This document shows, piece by piece, positions 39,042 to 49,372 of a DNA stretch of 64,000 nt. Where the stretch lies: positions 64,001-128,000 of IMG/VR virus record IMGVR_UViG_3300009149_000012. One strand, written 5' to 3'. The notes beneath the pieces are model-generated. The model ran no database searches, was not told the origin of the DNA, and saw nothing but the letters and a program-made list of their open reading frames with translations. This DNA comes from a virus. Both the position numbers and the translations under genes were made by a program. The stretch's first letter is position 1, and every line of letters starts with the position of its first letter.

Positions 39042-39458
39042 TCAGTCCTCACCCAACAGCTTCAACAGACGGTTGTCGTAGACTCGAAGGATACCACCCA
39101 ACTCGTTGCGAGCCGAGTTGGTCGCCAGGAACCCCCGTGCCACGGCATCCATGTAGCACATCGAAACGACCTGCTTGGACATGAGCGCATGCACGATGTT
39201 GGACTCATCCCTCGTGAAGTTGGCCGGGGGAGCGTCCTCGTGGAGTTGCTGCACTTCGGCGCCATGACCCCGGCTACTGGTCAGGCTAATGAACGCCGAC
39301 TTCTTTCGACCGGAGCGGTCACGGTCCTCGATCGAGAAGCTAACCGTGATCTTGTCCGTAGCGATCTCGGATTGAAGCTTGTCGAGTCGCGCTCGTTGCG
39401 CCTTGGTCAGAGACTCCAAAGGCTTCTGGGGCGACTCAGTCTGGGGCTTGTTGGGCAT
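39042..39458 (-). CDS. Hypothetical protein
   Basis: AGGAG RBS and upstream GGTGTA motif. Confidence 0.6.
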   Translation of the reverse strand: MPNKPQTESPQKPLESLTKAQRARLDKLQSEIATDKITVSFSIEDRDRSGRKKSAFISLTSSRGHGAEVQQLHEDAPPANFTRDESNIVHALMSKQVVSMCYMDAVARGFLATNSARNELGGILRVYDNRLLKLLGED

Positions 39459-39478
39459 GTAAATCTCCTGCCCAGTAT

Positions 39479-41629
39479 CTACACCGAATCGCAGACAATC
39501 GACGGTACTTCAGACGGGGTTGATGCAGAAAACTGTGCGGAAACACGAGACCCAAATACGGTGTTCCGATGCTGCACCCGGTCATTGTCAATCGCCCGGC
39601 TGATCGCCCGTCCCTCACCCAAGAGCCAGACCTTCTCACGAGCCCGAGTCAGCGCCGTATAGAACAGGTTTCGTTGGAGCATCTGCCCTTGACCATTGAA
39701 GATCGGCAGGATGATCGTGTCGAACTCGGAGCCCTGGCACTTGTGGACCGTGATCGCGTAGGCAAGCCGCAAGATGTTCCAAACGCCGGCTTTGGAGAAC
39801 ACCACCTCTTGCTCTGGGGTGTTGCCCTCAGCATGAATCCGCATATGCAAGCCGTAGCGGGTGATGGCGACCAACTTGCCCACGTCCCCATTGTACACGC
39901 CAAGGTTGTAGTCGTTTCGGATCACCATGAGGCGGTCGCCGACCCGGACTTGAAGGGGGCCAAACTTACCCTCCGTCTGACCACGCGCCGGGTTGAGCCG
40001 CTCTCGAAGCGCCTCGTTGAGCCGATCCACCCCGGCGACACCCTTGTACATGGGGCTTAGCACCTGGAAATTCTCGTCTCGCTCTTTGAGCTTGGCGCAG
40101 ATCTCGACCACCAGCCGAACAGCGTCCTCTTGAGACGCCATCGAAACGAATTGAAACTCGGATTTCTTGGGGTACTTCAGGGGAATCATGTGCCCACCGT
40201 GAATTCGGTGAGCATTGACCACGATCTCTCCCTTGTCGTCTTGCCGGAAGATGCGGGTGAGCCGAACGTGCTCCACCTCTGGGCAGCTTAGAAGCTCTCG
40301 CAGGACATTTCCAGGACCCACGGACGGTAGCTGTGCATCGTCACCAACGAATACGACCCGGGTACCAGGCTTGAGCGCTGCCAGAAGCCGATACAGCAAT
40401 TCTTGGTCGACCATGCTGACTTCGTCCACGATGACGACGTCGGCATCAATCGGCAGCCCCCCTCCATGCCCCCAATTGGAACCATCGTACTTGAGCCCCC
40501 GATGAACCGTCATGGCAGGCTGGTCAACGATGCCGCCAAGACGCTTGGCAGCGATTCCGGTAGGGGCGAACAATCGAAGGGTCAGCCCGGCTCGTTGGAA
40601 TACGTCTGCGAAGCACTTGACCAGCGTGGTCTTGCCGGTACCGGGGAGCCCCGTCAGGACCAAGACGTTGTGCTTGAGCAGTTTATCCACAGCAGAACGT
40701 TGAATCTCGTCCAACTGTATCTGGTTTGCCTTCTCGTACTGGGCAAGGAACGTTGGGACGTCCACGCTGAGCGAGACCTGGGTTCTAACGAGACGGCTGA
40801 TCAGATCAGCAGATTCCTGTTCATACTCGTGAAGGGTCCGCAAGTAGACGCCAACGCCACGTTCCTGGACGATGAGGTGTCGCTGCGCCAGGGTCTCCAA
40901 CCCCACATCCAGGTCATGATCCAGCACCTCACGGTCCTCGAACTTGAGGTTCCGCAAGACATGAGGAAGCTCCCACCGACCAATGTACAGATGCCCCCGG
41001 TGGGACTGCTCCCTGAGCGCCCACAGGATCAACCCACCGAACCGTCTTGGGTCATCCGCTGGTACCCCGACCACCTTGGCGATCCGGTCGACCATGTCGA
41101 AGGACAACGATGGGACGGTCATCAACTGGTAGGGGTCCCGAGAAATGATCTCTGGTGCTTCCACTCCGAAGACAGCGAGGATATCCCGGATCTCTCGACC
41201 TGAAACTTCGCAGGCTTGAAAGGTGCTCGCGAGGCGGCGGGTGACGTTGAGCCGCTCCCAAGCCAACAGGAACGCCGTCAACTGGTCATAGGTGGCGTTG
41301 GGACCGGACATTGCCAGAATCTCGTCCGGCTTTTCGTCGATGGTCTGGTATGCGTCCGTACCGAAACGGCGGGAGATCCCGTAGGCCACGCCGGATGGCA
41401 GGATGCGATTCGAAAAGGCGTTCGTCAGGAAGACCTGAACGTCTTGATAGTCCTGTGCCCAGGGCTCCCAAGACTCGATCTTGACCTGACGCCCGTACTT
41501 GCGATGGTCGATCCACTCACCCGTGAGACGAAGCGGCATCTTTGGGACCGCCCGAGACAACCCCGGGAGGTACCCACACGCCTTGATCACACGATCGGGG
41601 GCACCGTCCGTGTCATAGACTTCGAACAC
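39479..41629 (-). CDS. recD2: RecD2-like SF1 helicase (homology extends to ~41695)
   Basis: GLPGTGKTT, APTGIAA, VDEVSMVD, VGDDAQLPSVGPG, LAYAITVHKCQGSEF, YTALTRA. Confidence 0.92.
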   Translation of the reverse strand: MFEVYDTDGAPDRVIKACGYLPGLSRAVPKMPLRLTGEWIDHRKYGRQVKIESWEPWAQDYQDVQVFLTNAFSNRILPSGVAYGISRRFGTDAYQTIDEKPDEILAMSGPNATYDQLTAFLLAWERLNVTRRLASTFQACEVSGREIRDILAVFGVEAPEIISRDPYQLMTVPSLSFDMVDRIAKVVGVPADDPRRFGGLILWALREQSHRGHLYIGRWELPHVLRNLKFEDREVLDHDLDVGLETLAQRHLIVQERGVGVYLRTLHEYEQESADLISRLVRTQVSLSVDVPTFLAQYEKANQIQLDEIQRSAVDKLLKHNVLVLTGLPGTGKTTLVKCFADVFQRAGLTLRLFAPTGIAAKRLGGIVDQPAMTVHRGLKYDGSNWGHGGGLPIDADVVIVDEVSMVDQELLYRLLAALKPGTRVVFVGDDAQLPSVGPGNVLRELLSCPEVEHVRLTRIFRQDDKGEIVVNAHRIHGGHMIPLKYPKKSEFQFVSMASQEDAVRLVVEICAKLKERDENFQVLSPMYKGVAGVDRLNEALRERLNPARGQTEGKFGPLQVRVGDRLMVIRNDYNLGVYNGDVGKLVAITRYGLHMRIHAEGNTPEQEVVFSKAGVWNILRLAYAITVHKCQGSEFDTIILPIFNGQGQMLQRNLFYTALTRAREKVWLLGEGRAISRAIDNDRVQHRNTVFGSRVSAQFSASTPSEVPSIVCDSV

Positions 41630-41691
41630 CAGGACGTAAAAACCGTCGGCGTCGTGGATGACTTTTTGAATCCGTCCGGCAACATATATGG

Positions 41692-43539
41692 TTACTTGCC
41701 GAGTATCTCCAACAAATGATCCTCAGAGATGCATTCAGTGCCGTTCTTCCGGGCAGCCTTGGCTTTCGCCGTCGTGGAGTTGGGGTCTGCCAGAACCAAG
41801 TAGGTGACCCCCTTCGAAACGCTTTTCTTCACCAGTGCTCCCGCTGCTTCCGCCATGGCTGCTAGCTCTGCTCTCTTATAGCGCGTTTTCCCCGTAATAC
41901 ACAAGGATTTCCCGCTCAAGACCCCTTTTGCCTGGGTCTTGATCTTGACCCCGGTGTCCAGGATGGCTTGAATGATCAAGGTATTGGTCCTGAACCACAA
42001 GGACAGGGTCATCGCCTTCGTGGGGCCAATTGTCGGGATGGCTTCGAATTCCGAAATCGTCCGGGTTTGGATCTTCTCGACCGTGTCGTAACCCGCTTGG
42101 ATGATCGGCTGGAAGGTCGACGCACCACAGAGCGGAATAGAGAGCCCACCAAGGAACTTGTCCAGGGGGATAGGGTTGACCTTCCAAAGCTCCATGTGCG
42201 CAATCTCGGCCGAGCGAGGCCCCATACCCGGGAGGTTGTTGATGTCGGACAGATCGAGCTTGTACAGATCCGGAACCGACTTGACGAGCCCCTTCGTGAC
42301 GAGAAGCTCGATCAAAGACTCGCCCCACTCCATGATTCCCTGGACCGAAATCCATCGCAGAAGCCGGCCTTGAACCTGAGCCGGGCACCCATACGTGTTG
42401 GGGCAGATGAGATATTCACCGTCGATGTCCAAGGGATGGTCACACTCAGGACAGCGGGTGGGGGGCTTGATCACCTCAGCAACGTGCTGGACGACTTCCT
42501 CAACCCGGGGAATCACGTCGTTGGCCCGAACCACGAGGATGGTAGCCCCCTCATGATAGCCGATCTCGTTGACGTAGGCGTAGTTGTAGAGGCTCGCGTA
42601 CGTCACCGTGGCACCTAGAAGGTCGACCGGCTCGAAGACCGCCACGGGGGTAATGCGGCCGGTACCGCCCACCTGGTTCTCGATTCCCTTGGCGATGGTC
42701 ACCTTGCCCGGCGAGGCGAACTTGAACGCCCGAGCCCCCTTAGGCCGTCCGTCATGCTCACCCATCTCAAGCCGGGTTTCCATATCGTTGACAACCACGA
42801 CCATTCCGTCGATATCGTAATCGAGAGCATCCCGGTCGTGATTCTGCACAAGGTGCTTGGGCTCGGTCGTGACGGTCCACCAGGGCGTCTCGAAGCCGTG
42901 TTCGTCAAGCCAACGAAACTGTTCGTGCTCCTCCTCGCAATCGACGGTGGGCACCTGGTAGCAGATGACGGTCAGGTGTTCACAACGGGTACCGTCGAAG
43001 CGCTTGGCCGTCCCAGCCGCCGCATTCCGGGTGTTTTTCTTGTCTTGGAAGTGCTTGGCGAAGTCACTCTTGCGAAGGATGATCTCGCCCCTGACTTCGG
43101 CGTCGACGTCGAGCGAAACCGGGAGACCCTTCATCTTCAGGACGTTGGGGGTGATGTCCTCACCCACCTCCCCGTCTCCACGGGTGACCGCTTGCACGAG
43201 GGTGCCGCCTTCATACTTCAGGCTGATACTGATTCCGTCAAGCTTTTCGCTCACGCAGTAGGAGTCGACCCCTGTGGTTTTGGCCCACGTGTCGAACTCC
43301 TCATCGGTCTTAACCTTTTCGAGCGACCCCATGGGGATCGTATGGTTAACCTTGGGCCATGCGCTCGAAGGGGTGTGACCAACGGTTTTGAGAACCGGGT
43401 TGTCAGGGTCCCGCTCTTTGATCTCGTCCTTGACCGCATCGTAGGCGTCGTCGGACAGGTCGGGCTCATCGCCGTCGTGGTATTGCTTGTCGGCCTTACC
43501 AACTTCGTCCATCAACTCGAAGATCGATCGTTGAGTCAT
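41692..43539 (-). CDS. ligA: NAD-dependent DNA ligase
   Basis: SEKLDG, TRGDG, RNAAAG, DIDGMV, Zn finger, HhH, BRCT. Confidence 0.95.
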   Translation of the reverse strand: MTQRSIFELMDEVGKADKQYHDGDEPDLSDDAYDAVKDEIKERDPDNPVLKTVGHTPSSAWPKVNHTIPMGSLEKVKTDEEFDTWAKTTGVDSYCVSEKLDGISISLKYEGGTLVQAVTRGDGEVGEDITPNVLKMKGLPVSLDVDAEVRGEIILRKSDFAKHFQDKKNTRNAAAGTAKRFDGTRCEHLTVICYQVPTVDCEEEHEQFRWLDEHGFETPWWTVTTEPKHLVQNHDRDALDYDIDGMVVVVNDMETRLEMGEHDGRPKGARAFKFASPGKVTIAKGIENQVGGTGRITPVAVFEPVDLLGATVTYASLYNYAYVNEIGYHEGATILVVRANDVIPRVEEVVQHVAEVIKPPTRCPECDHPLDIDGEYLICPNTYGCPAQVQGRLLRWISVQGIMEWGESLIELLVTKGLVKSVPDLYKLDLSDINNLPGMGPRSAEIAHMELWKVNPIPLDKFLGGLSIPLCGASTFQPIIQAGYDTVEKIQTRTISEFEAIPTIGPTKAMTLSLWFRTNTLIIQAILDTGVKIKTQAKGVLSGKSLCITGKTRYKRAELAAMAEAAGALVKKSVSKGVTYLVLADPNSTTAKAKAARKNGTECISEDHLLEILGK

Positions 43540-43549
43540 ACCCTTGGTT

Positions 43550-43555
43550 TACACC
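43550..43555 (-). promoter_or_regulatory. Representative copy of the recurrent GGTGTA promoter-like hexamer
   Basis: 10 nt upstream of ligA; same hexamer upstream of many other starts (see findings). Confidence 0.6.
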
Positions 43556-43565
43556 AGGGAAGCGA

Positions 43566-44171
43566 TCATTTCTTCGGAATCAGAGCGTCCTCAACCGAAA
43601 GTTCGCCCTCTGCCACGAGCTTGGCAACACGCTCGACGGTTTCAAGAGAGGCGATGATGAGGCGAACCTCTTGCCCTTTGTACTGCTTGAGCGTTTCCTG
43701 CACGTCGAACACCTTCACTTCGCCGCCCGGCACCTCGTACCGGATCACGAAGCGGTCCGACATCGGATCCTGTTCAACGATTCCTTCAACCAGGTTCCCA
43801 AAGTCTTTCGGATCGATCATGGCTCTCCGGGGGCGGGGTTGGGTCGTGAAATCTGTCCACGAGCCTTCATGCTTGCAAGCCAGACATAGCACGAAGCTCA
43901 AATGGGGGGAATCCTGCTTGGGCCTCGTTCCGGCAGGAATGTCGTACCGACCAGAGAATACCACCCGGATGCTCCCGCACTTGGGGCAGCCATAGGGACG
44001 TGCCGCATCACAGGCGGCTTCTTCCTCAGCATCCCTTTGCTCTTCATAGCATTCGTAGCAGGCACCATCTTGCATTTCCTTCCCGGTCACGACCGGGCAA
44101 TCGTCATAGCCGTACTTGCAGCCGTGGATGAGGCAACAGTGACTGGCACAGGAAGGATGCTTCTTGCTCAT
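43566..44171 (-). CDS. Hypothetical multi-module Cys-rich protein
   Basis: GGAGAGG RBS; HCC..HGCKYG..CP module, CPKC..CLAC ribbon, C-terminal domain with its own RBS. Confidence 0.55.
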   Translation of the reverse strand: MSKKHPSCASHCCLIHGCKYGYDDCPVVTGKEMQDGACYECYEEQRDAEEEAACDAARPYGCPKCGSIRVVFSGRYDIPAGTRPKQDSPHLSFVLCLACKHEGSWTDFTTQPRPRRAMIDPKDFGNLVEGIVEQDPMSDRFVIRYEVPGGEVKVFDVQETLKQYKGQEVRLIIASLETVERVAKLVAEGELSVEDALIPKK

Positions 44172-44221
44172 CCTCTCCTCTACACCGGGGAGAGATCCAG
44201 ATTGGTAATGTTGGGGAGACT

Positions 44222-47044
44222 CTAGCGAACGGGGCAGACGCCGCTCTTGCATTCTTCAGTTTCGAAGTCACCACCGTGAGCAAGTTGGTGCGTTCCATCA
44301 ATTCCGGCTGTGATGGAATTGTAGGTGGCTTCGTCGATTTCTTCGTAGGGGGGCTGTTCGTAGCCATGAGCCTTCGAAAGGACGCTCGTTGACTTGAGAC
44401 GGGGCACGAACTCTTTGAACAAACCCGCCAACTGGTCACGCTCGCTGGCCTCAAATGAGATGGTCGACGACACGGCGTTGTCAGCCCAGAACTCTTGAAC
44501 CTGTTGTTGGCGCTCGAACTGGTCACGCACAGTCTCGGTCACGACCATGTGCCGAGTGTGTCGAGCCTTCGAGGGGAAGCTGAACACGAGGGTGTTGCCG
44601 GTCTTGTCGTAGACGTCACGCTCGTAGGGGACGCCGGCTTCCATCAATGCGGGAACGAGCGGGTCGTTCTTGGCGTGACGGGTCCGACGAATGTAGAAGG
44701 GGGCGTAGGGAGCGTGAATGCCAGGACTTGAGCCGTTCAGGAGGCTGATTGTGCCTGAAGGTTTGACCGTCGTGGTTGTGATCGGGGGACGAACGCCCAT
44801 GGTCTCGGCGTATTGGTCGGCTTCGTTGCGGCATGTGTTGAACCAACTCGAAAGCTGGTCTGGGGTCCACTTGAAGTCGCAGATGCCGCCCAGGCCCACA
44901 CCGATCCGGTTGTTGCGCTCGCCAACGGCTTGGCTCTTGGCGTCGGTCAGGGGGGTGAGGCGTTGACGCATCGTGTAGCGGGTGAGGAGACGGAACGCTG
45001 TCGCCGGATCCGTGCTGGCCTCGAACATGGCGGGGAACGCTTCGGCGAGGTTGCAGGACTCACGATCGTGCAAGCTCTGCTCACCACACGGGTTGACTCC
45101 GGTCGCCCCTGGGTCTGTGCGCCACACGAGCGGCAGATTGAGAACGCCGGGCTCACCGTAGTCGACGACGTCGTTGGCAAGCCCTTCCCAATCGAAATTC
45201 GCAATCTGATCCCAAGACCGGAAGACGATCGAGTTGTTGCTTGTGTGCCGGTGGGTCTTGACCGCCTCATAATCTTTCTTGGCGTTGCGGAAGTCGTGAT
45301 CCTCAGCATCCCCAAGAACGATAAGAGCCGAGCGACGGACATTGCCCGCCTTGATGCACAGGCCAATGTGGTTGGTGATGTCGAGGGCCTCAACGCTGCG
45401 TAGCTTGCGTCCGGCTGCTCCACGGATGATTTCCCATGCGGCACGCATAAGCTGCACCAGGGGGCCGGGACCGGCTGCGATGCCCCCAAATGTACGGATG
45501 GGAGCCCCTCGCTCACGCACCTCTGAGACGTCGATGATCTGATCACGGTTTTCGAACGCCGCTTGCATGGTCAGGCGAATGGCCTCGACCCAACCGCTGC
45601 GTGAATCATCAACCCGGTAAATAGGCGTCTGGCCGTTGAGGAAGCTGCGGTCTTGGGGCTTAACTTCGTCGATGTTCGGATGTGAGTTGCCACACCAAAC
45701 AGCAAAACGAGCTTCGCCATTCTTCACGACTGGGAAGTCGTTAATCCCAGCGAGACCGACACCAACGCCGCCGCCGAGCATCAACTGATTGGCAACCCAG
45801 CACCAGTCATCGATCTCGTGAAGTGTGGTGTACCAACAATTTCCTGTGACGACGCCGCCCTCCAGCGTGAACGAACCCGTTTCAGGTTCCGTAACGCAGA
45901 AGGTTTCTTCTTCCCGTCCCTCATCCACCATTTCACGAACCGTGTATTCCACTGGCTCATTTCGAAGGGTCAAGATCTCCAAGCGAGAAGAGCGGGGGCC
46001 AAAGTTGGTTTCCATGCTGGGATCCAAGGATCGACCCGTCACGCAGTAGCCCAAGAACGGAGCACGCTCGACTGCCCAATCAAGAGCAGAGGCATTCTGC
46101 GAAGCCAATCGGTTGCCGCCACGCCCGTCAGAACGAATTGAACCATCCGCCGCCAACCAGCCTGCCAAGAAGCCAGCTTGATATGATGATGGAGTGCCGT
46201 CGCCTGGAAGTTCTTTCCAATTCCGATCCGAACGGAAGAACAAAACAGGGTCGCCGTTGCAGGAAGGGGGTGTGCAAGTGTTCGTGTGCTGAATGACGCT
46301 TTCAAGGCGAGCTTGATGTTGGCGATCTTTCTCAGCACACAAGCGAATCTTGAACACCCCGGGCTTAAGGGTCTCACGCGAGCCGTCACCGAAAACGATG
46401 CCATGAGCAAAACCCTCTTCAAAGAGTTCCTTGTCATGCTCGGACGTCAGAAATGACTCGACTGGCGTAGGCGACACCAGGATTCGGTCGCCAACCTTGA
46501 GATCTGTCACCTCACCCCGATTGGAAGTGAACCAACGGTGATTGGCCGTGGCTGAAAACTCAAAGGCAAAGTTCGTGCGACCTGGAGGCTTCATCCGATA
46601 GCGAAGCAACTTCTGCACGCCGAACGATTTGACTTCCGCTGGACGCCATTGGCCGTCCTTTGCCAAAACCTCAACCGTTTGACCAACCGCTTCCTCGAAC
46701 GTCGTCAGAACGCCATTTGCCCAGAACCGGGTTTCCTTGGCGAAGCAATTGTACCTTGCGTCCGCTGGGATGCCTTCGATGCCGCCGACCCAGAGGCTTC
46801 GACCAGGGGGCAAAAGCTGGCCGGTCCAAAACAGGTGGAAGAGCATTTGCGCTTCCCGGCGCTCGACGTGTCGCTGAGCCAAATTGATGTTGGACTCGAC
46901 CACCCGTTGGATGGTCGATGACCACACCTCCCCCTCACGGCAATACTTCGTGAGGTAGGTCGATCGAGAGAGAAGAGACTCGAATGGGTCACCCTTTTCA
47001 AAGTAGGGAGCCAAAAAAAGTCGCTGGAAGCGAAAACGCTCCAT
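44222..47044 (-). CDS. nrdJ: Class II (B12-dependent) ribonucleotide reductase with intein
   Basis: PPGRSLW..N|C, LMLGGGVG, GNVRRSA, GVNPCGE, TVKPSGT, C-terminal CKSGVCP. Confidence 0.92.
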   Translation of the reverse strand: MERFRFQRLFLAPYFEKGDPFESLLSRSTYLTKYCREGEVWSSTIQRVVESNINLAQRHVERREAQMLFHLFWTGQLLPPGRSLWVGGIEGIPADARYNCFAKETRFWANGVLTTFEEAVGQTVEVLAKDGQWRPAEVKSFGVQKLLRYRMKPPGRTNFAFEFSATANHRWFTSNRGEVTDLKVGDRILVSPTPVESFLTSEHDKELFEEGFAHGIVFGDGSRETLKPGVFKIRLCAEKDRQHQARLESVIQHTNTCTPPSCNGDPVLFFRSDRNWKELPGDGTPSSYQAGFLAGWLAADGSIRSDGRGGNRLASQNASALDWAVERAPFLGYCVTGRSLDPSMETNFGPRSSRLEILTLRNEPVEYTVREMVDEGREEETFCVTEPETGSFTLEGGVVTGNCWYTTLHEIDDWCWVANQLMLGGGVGVGLAGINDFPVVKNGEARFAVWCGNSHPNIDEVKPQDRSFLNGQTPIYRVDDSRSGWVEAIRLTMQAAFENRDQIIDVSEVRERGAPIRTFGGIAAGPGPLVQLMRAAWEIIRGAAGRKLRSVEALDITNHIGLCIKAGNVRRSALIVLGDAEDHDFRNAKKDYEAVKTHRHTSNNSIVFRSWDQIANFDWEGLANDVVDYGEPGVLNLPLVWRTDPGATGVNPCGEQSLHDRESCNLAEAFPAMFEASTDPATAFRLLTRYTMRQRLTPLTDAKSQAVGERNNRIGVGLGGICDFKWTPDQLSSWFNTCRNEADQYAETMGVRPPITTTTVKPSGTISLLNGSSPGIHAPYAPFYIRRTRHAKNDPLVPALMEAGVPYERDVYDKTGNTLVFSFPSKARHTRHMVVTETVRDQFERQQQVQEFWADNAVSSTISFEASERDQLAGLFKEFVPRLKSTSVLSKAHGYEQPPYEEIDEATYNSITAGIDGTHQLAHGGDFETEECKSGVCPVR
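45839..46747 (-). mobile_element. Intein (~303 aa) with LAGLIDADG domain in NrdJ
   Basis: Starts CFAKETRF; TANHRW; GIVFGDG and GWLAADG; ends FCVTEPETGSFTLEGGVVTGN|C. Confidence 0.9.
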
Positions 47045-47064
47045 TTCCGTAGCCTGGTGAGTAA

Positions 47065-48045
47065 TCAGCATGCCCCTAAACCCGCTATTGACAGAACAGC
47101 CAGTTCGACAAGCGTCCGTTTTGAAACGCTCGCGCCCTTCACATCTGAATCCAATTCGCACAACCGCTGCATGTGCCCGATGAGCGCATTCACGGTGTGT
47201 AGTTTCGCTTGGGGAAGAATGGCGTTTTTGCAACGCCATGGGTTCATGTCCAAGCGAGCGGCAATGTCCTCGTGCTTGCTTCCCTTGTCGAGCATATGAC
47301 GTGCCACGAGAAGCGTCTCAGCACGTTTCATGAGAGATCCAAGCACCTGGACATGCGCGCCGGGGCCCTCTTGCTGGTAGAGATGACCAAGAACGCGTGT
47401 TGCTTTCCTGGAGTCCTTTTGAAAAGCCGCTTCAGAGACCTGGTACGGGGCTGCCGGAAAGACCCGGGTCAAAACCAGAGCGAGATGCTCTTGCATGACC
47501 TTGCCGTCAACTCCGACCAGGAACTGAAACTTACGAAGCTCGTTTGACAAGCGGTACAAGTCGTTGCCGACGACTCGATACATTGAATCGGCGATGCCCT
47601 TGTCGAGCTTGATCCGCAGCCGGGTAGCTTCGGCGTCGATCCACCGAACCACCTGGTTGTTGTTCTCCCAGTCCTTAAGCTGCATGCACTTGGAGGACAT
47701 GCCCTTGGCAGCGGCGAGCTTCCACACAGCAGGAAGATCCTTGTGCCGAACGATGGCTACGAGGATCGTTTGGTTTCCACCATCATGGTCCTCGATGTAC
47801 GCCTTCAGACTTCCATCATCCTTGAGCTTCTGAGCATCGTCGACAATGACCGTCTTGGACGACTGCTCCTGCCAAAGAGAGATCTGAGAACACGCTGAGA
47901 TCACTTCCGAGACAACCGGTGGGACGTGGACAACGAGCCGACCCTGTTTTTTCGAGGTGTTTTTGACCTTGAGAAGCTCCCGGTCTAGGAGCAATGACTC
48001 CGTTCCGTAGGACACAAAAAAGGCGGGAAGCTTGCTTTTGCCCAT
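47065..48045 (-). CDS. holA: DNA polymerase III delta subunit
   Basis: YGTESLL, SLW, GNDLYRLSNELRK, LDSDVKG. Confidence 0.82.
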   Translation of the reverse strand: MGKSKLPAFFVSYGTESLLLDRELLKVKNTSKKQGRLVVHVPPVVSEVISACSQISLWQEQSSKTVIVDDAQKLKDDGSLKAYIEDHDGGNQTILVAIVRHKDLPAVWKLAAAKGMSSKCMQLKDWENNNQVVRWIDAEATRLRIKLDKGIADSMYRVVGNDLYRLSNELRKFQFLVGVDGKVMQEHLALVLTRVFPAAPYQVSEAAFQKDSRKATRVLGHLYQQEGPGAHVQVLGSLMKRAETLLVARHMLDKGSKHEDIAARLDMNPWRCKNAILPQAKLHTVNALIGHMQRLCELDSDVKGASVSKRTLVELAVLSIAGLGAC

Positions 48046-48052
48046 CGTGGCC

Positions 48053-49000
48053 TCAACCAGCGAAGGCGCGAAGCAGCGCCGTTTTGATGTGGAACGGGTA
48101 TTTGATGGAGGGGGACCGTCCCTTCAGGGATAGAAGGTCCCGATGCAGTGAGAGCAGAATGGCATCGCTCGTGGTTTCCCGCATCCTCGCGACATCCTCA
48201 ATGATGTCGACGTTGATTAGGCGAGAAACGTCGTGAGTTACCATTAGTAAATCGTGAATCAAGTGCTCCAGAAACCGGACGCCGAGAGGAAGGTCTTTGA
48301 TGCCGTTGAGTTCTTCGAGAAGAGACGACAAGTCACCATGCAAGCCCATCCTAAACAACGAGACGACCTGGTTTCGAAGCTGTATTCGTTTGGAGCCCCA
48401 GAGCCTCAATGCATGGCCGACGGAGCCCTCAGCTATACGAGCATACACAAGTGCTTTCGCAGGATCCTTCTCACGCTTCGAAACCTCGGAAAGGACATAG
48501 CTTTCCGGGAGCTTACGGCACCAAACCAATCCGCACCGTGATCGGATGGTGGGAATTATTCTTTCCAGGGATGTCGCAAGTAGGAAAAACCTGATCGTAC
48601 TTGGGGGTTCTTCCAGGGTTTTGAGAAGAGCATTTGCAGCGGCGCTTGTGATTCTGTCAATTCCATCAATGACGAAAAAACGGACAGGGGCGCTGGTCGG
48701 GAAGAACTTGGAGTTTCCGACAACCTGTCGAATGCTGTCGACCTTGATGTCCTTGCCTTCGGGGTCGCTGACGTACACGAAGTCAGGATGCAACTCCTTG
48801 CGCATCTGAAAACAGGACGCGCATTGACAATCAGGCGCCCTATCCTCGGTACAAAACATCTGCATCGCCGCCTGTGAAACAGCGAACTTGCGGCCCACCC
48901 CTTCAGGTCCGACAAGTAGCAGAGGGGTTGTCAGATGCCCTTGCACCACCCGGGTCAGAACAGCGACAGCCTCATCCTGACCCTTTACTTCGTCCAACAT
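48053..49000 (-). CDS. holB: DNA polymerase III delta' subunit
   Basis: GPEGVG, C..C.SC..HPD, AANALLKTLEEP, IPTIRSRC. Confidence 0.9.
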   Translation of the reverse strand: MLDEVKGQDEAVAVLTRVVQGHLTTPLLLVGPEGVGRKFAVSQAAMQMFCTEDRAPDCQCASCFQMRKELHPDFVYVSDPEGKDIKVDSIRQVVGNSKFFPTSAPVRFFVIDGIDRITSAAANALLKTLEEPPSTIRFFLLATSLERIIPTIRSRCGLVWCRKLPESYVLSEVSKREKDPAKALVYARIAEGSVGHALRLWGSKRIQLRNQVVSLFRMGLHGDLSSLLEELNGIKDLPLGVRFLEHLIHDLLMVTHDVSRLINVDIIEDVARMRETTSDAILLSLHRDLLSLKGRSPSIKYPFHIKTALLRAFAG

Positions 49001-49151
49001 CCGAAGCCTCCGGTAACGATGGAATACGGAGAGGGTCCACCGGAACGAGTCGCATCTCAGCCACGTAATTCTGGCCGCACTTCTCGCAAACGAACCGCTG
49101 GGGTTCCTGCCCACTCGGCGCAAGGAAACCCTTACACCGGAGACATCGCAT
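48972..49151 (-). CDS. Small Zn-ribbon protein
   Basis: CLRC...CEKC. Confidence 0.5.
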   Translation of the reverse strand: MRCLRCKGFLAPSGQEPQRFVCEKCGQNYVAEMRLVPVDPLRIPSLPEASDVGRSKGSG

Positions 49152-49159
49152 CAAACTCG

Positions 49160-49363
49160 TCAACCGAGGTTTACTCCCCCACCGACATCGATCCCCCACG
49201 CCTGCTTGCACTTCACACACTGGTACATTCGCCCACGAGCACCTTTGGGTGTGATCTCGATCGCCACCATGTGACCGCAACTCTTGCAGCGGATGTGAAC
49301 TTCGTCGGGCTTCTTTTCGTTCGAAACGAGACCAGGCTTGGTACCGGTGGGGTCGACGGGCAT
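49160..49363 (-). CDS. Small Zn-ribbon protein
   Basis: AGGAG RBS; CKSC...CVKC. Confidence 0.6.
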   Translation of the reverse strand: MPVDPTGTKPGLVSNEKKPDEVHIRCKSCGHMVAIEITPKGARGRMYQCVKCKQAWGIDVGGGVNLG

Positions 49364-49372
49364 CGTGGGCTC

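Noticed and set aside
47045-47239. N-terminal extensions of ORF-track calls for nrdJ (also 29185, 32592, 48053, 52090)
   Set aside because: They overlap upstream genes or tRNAs; homology begins at the downstream starts
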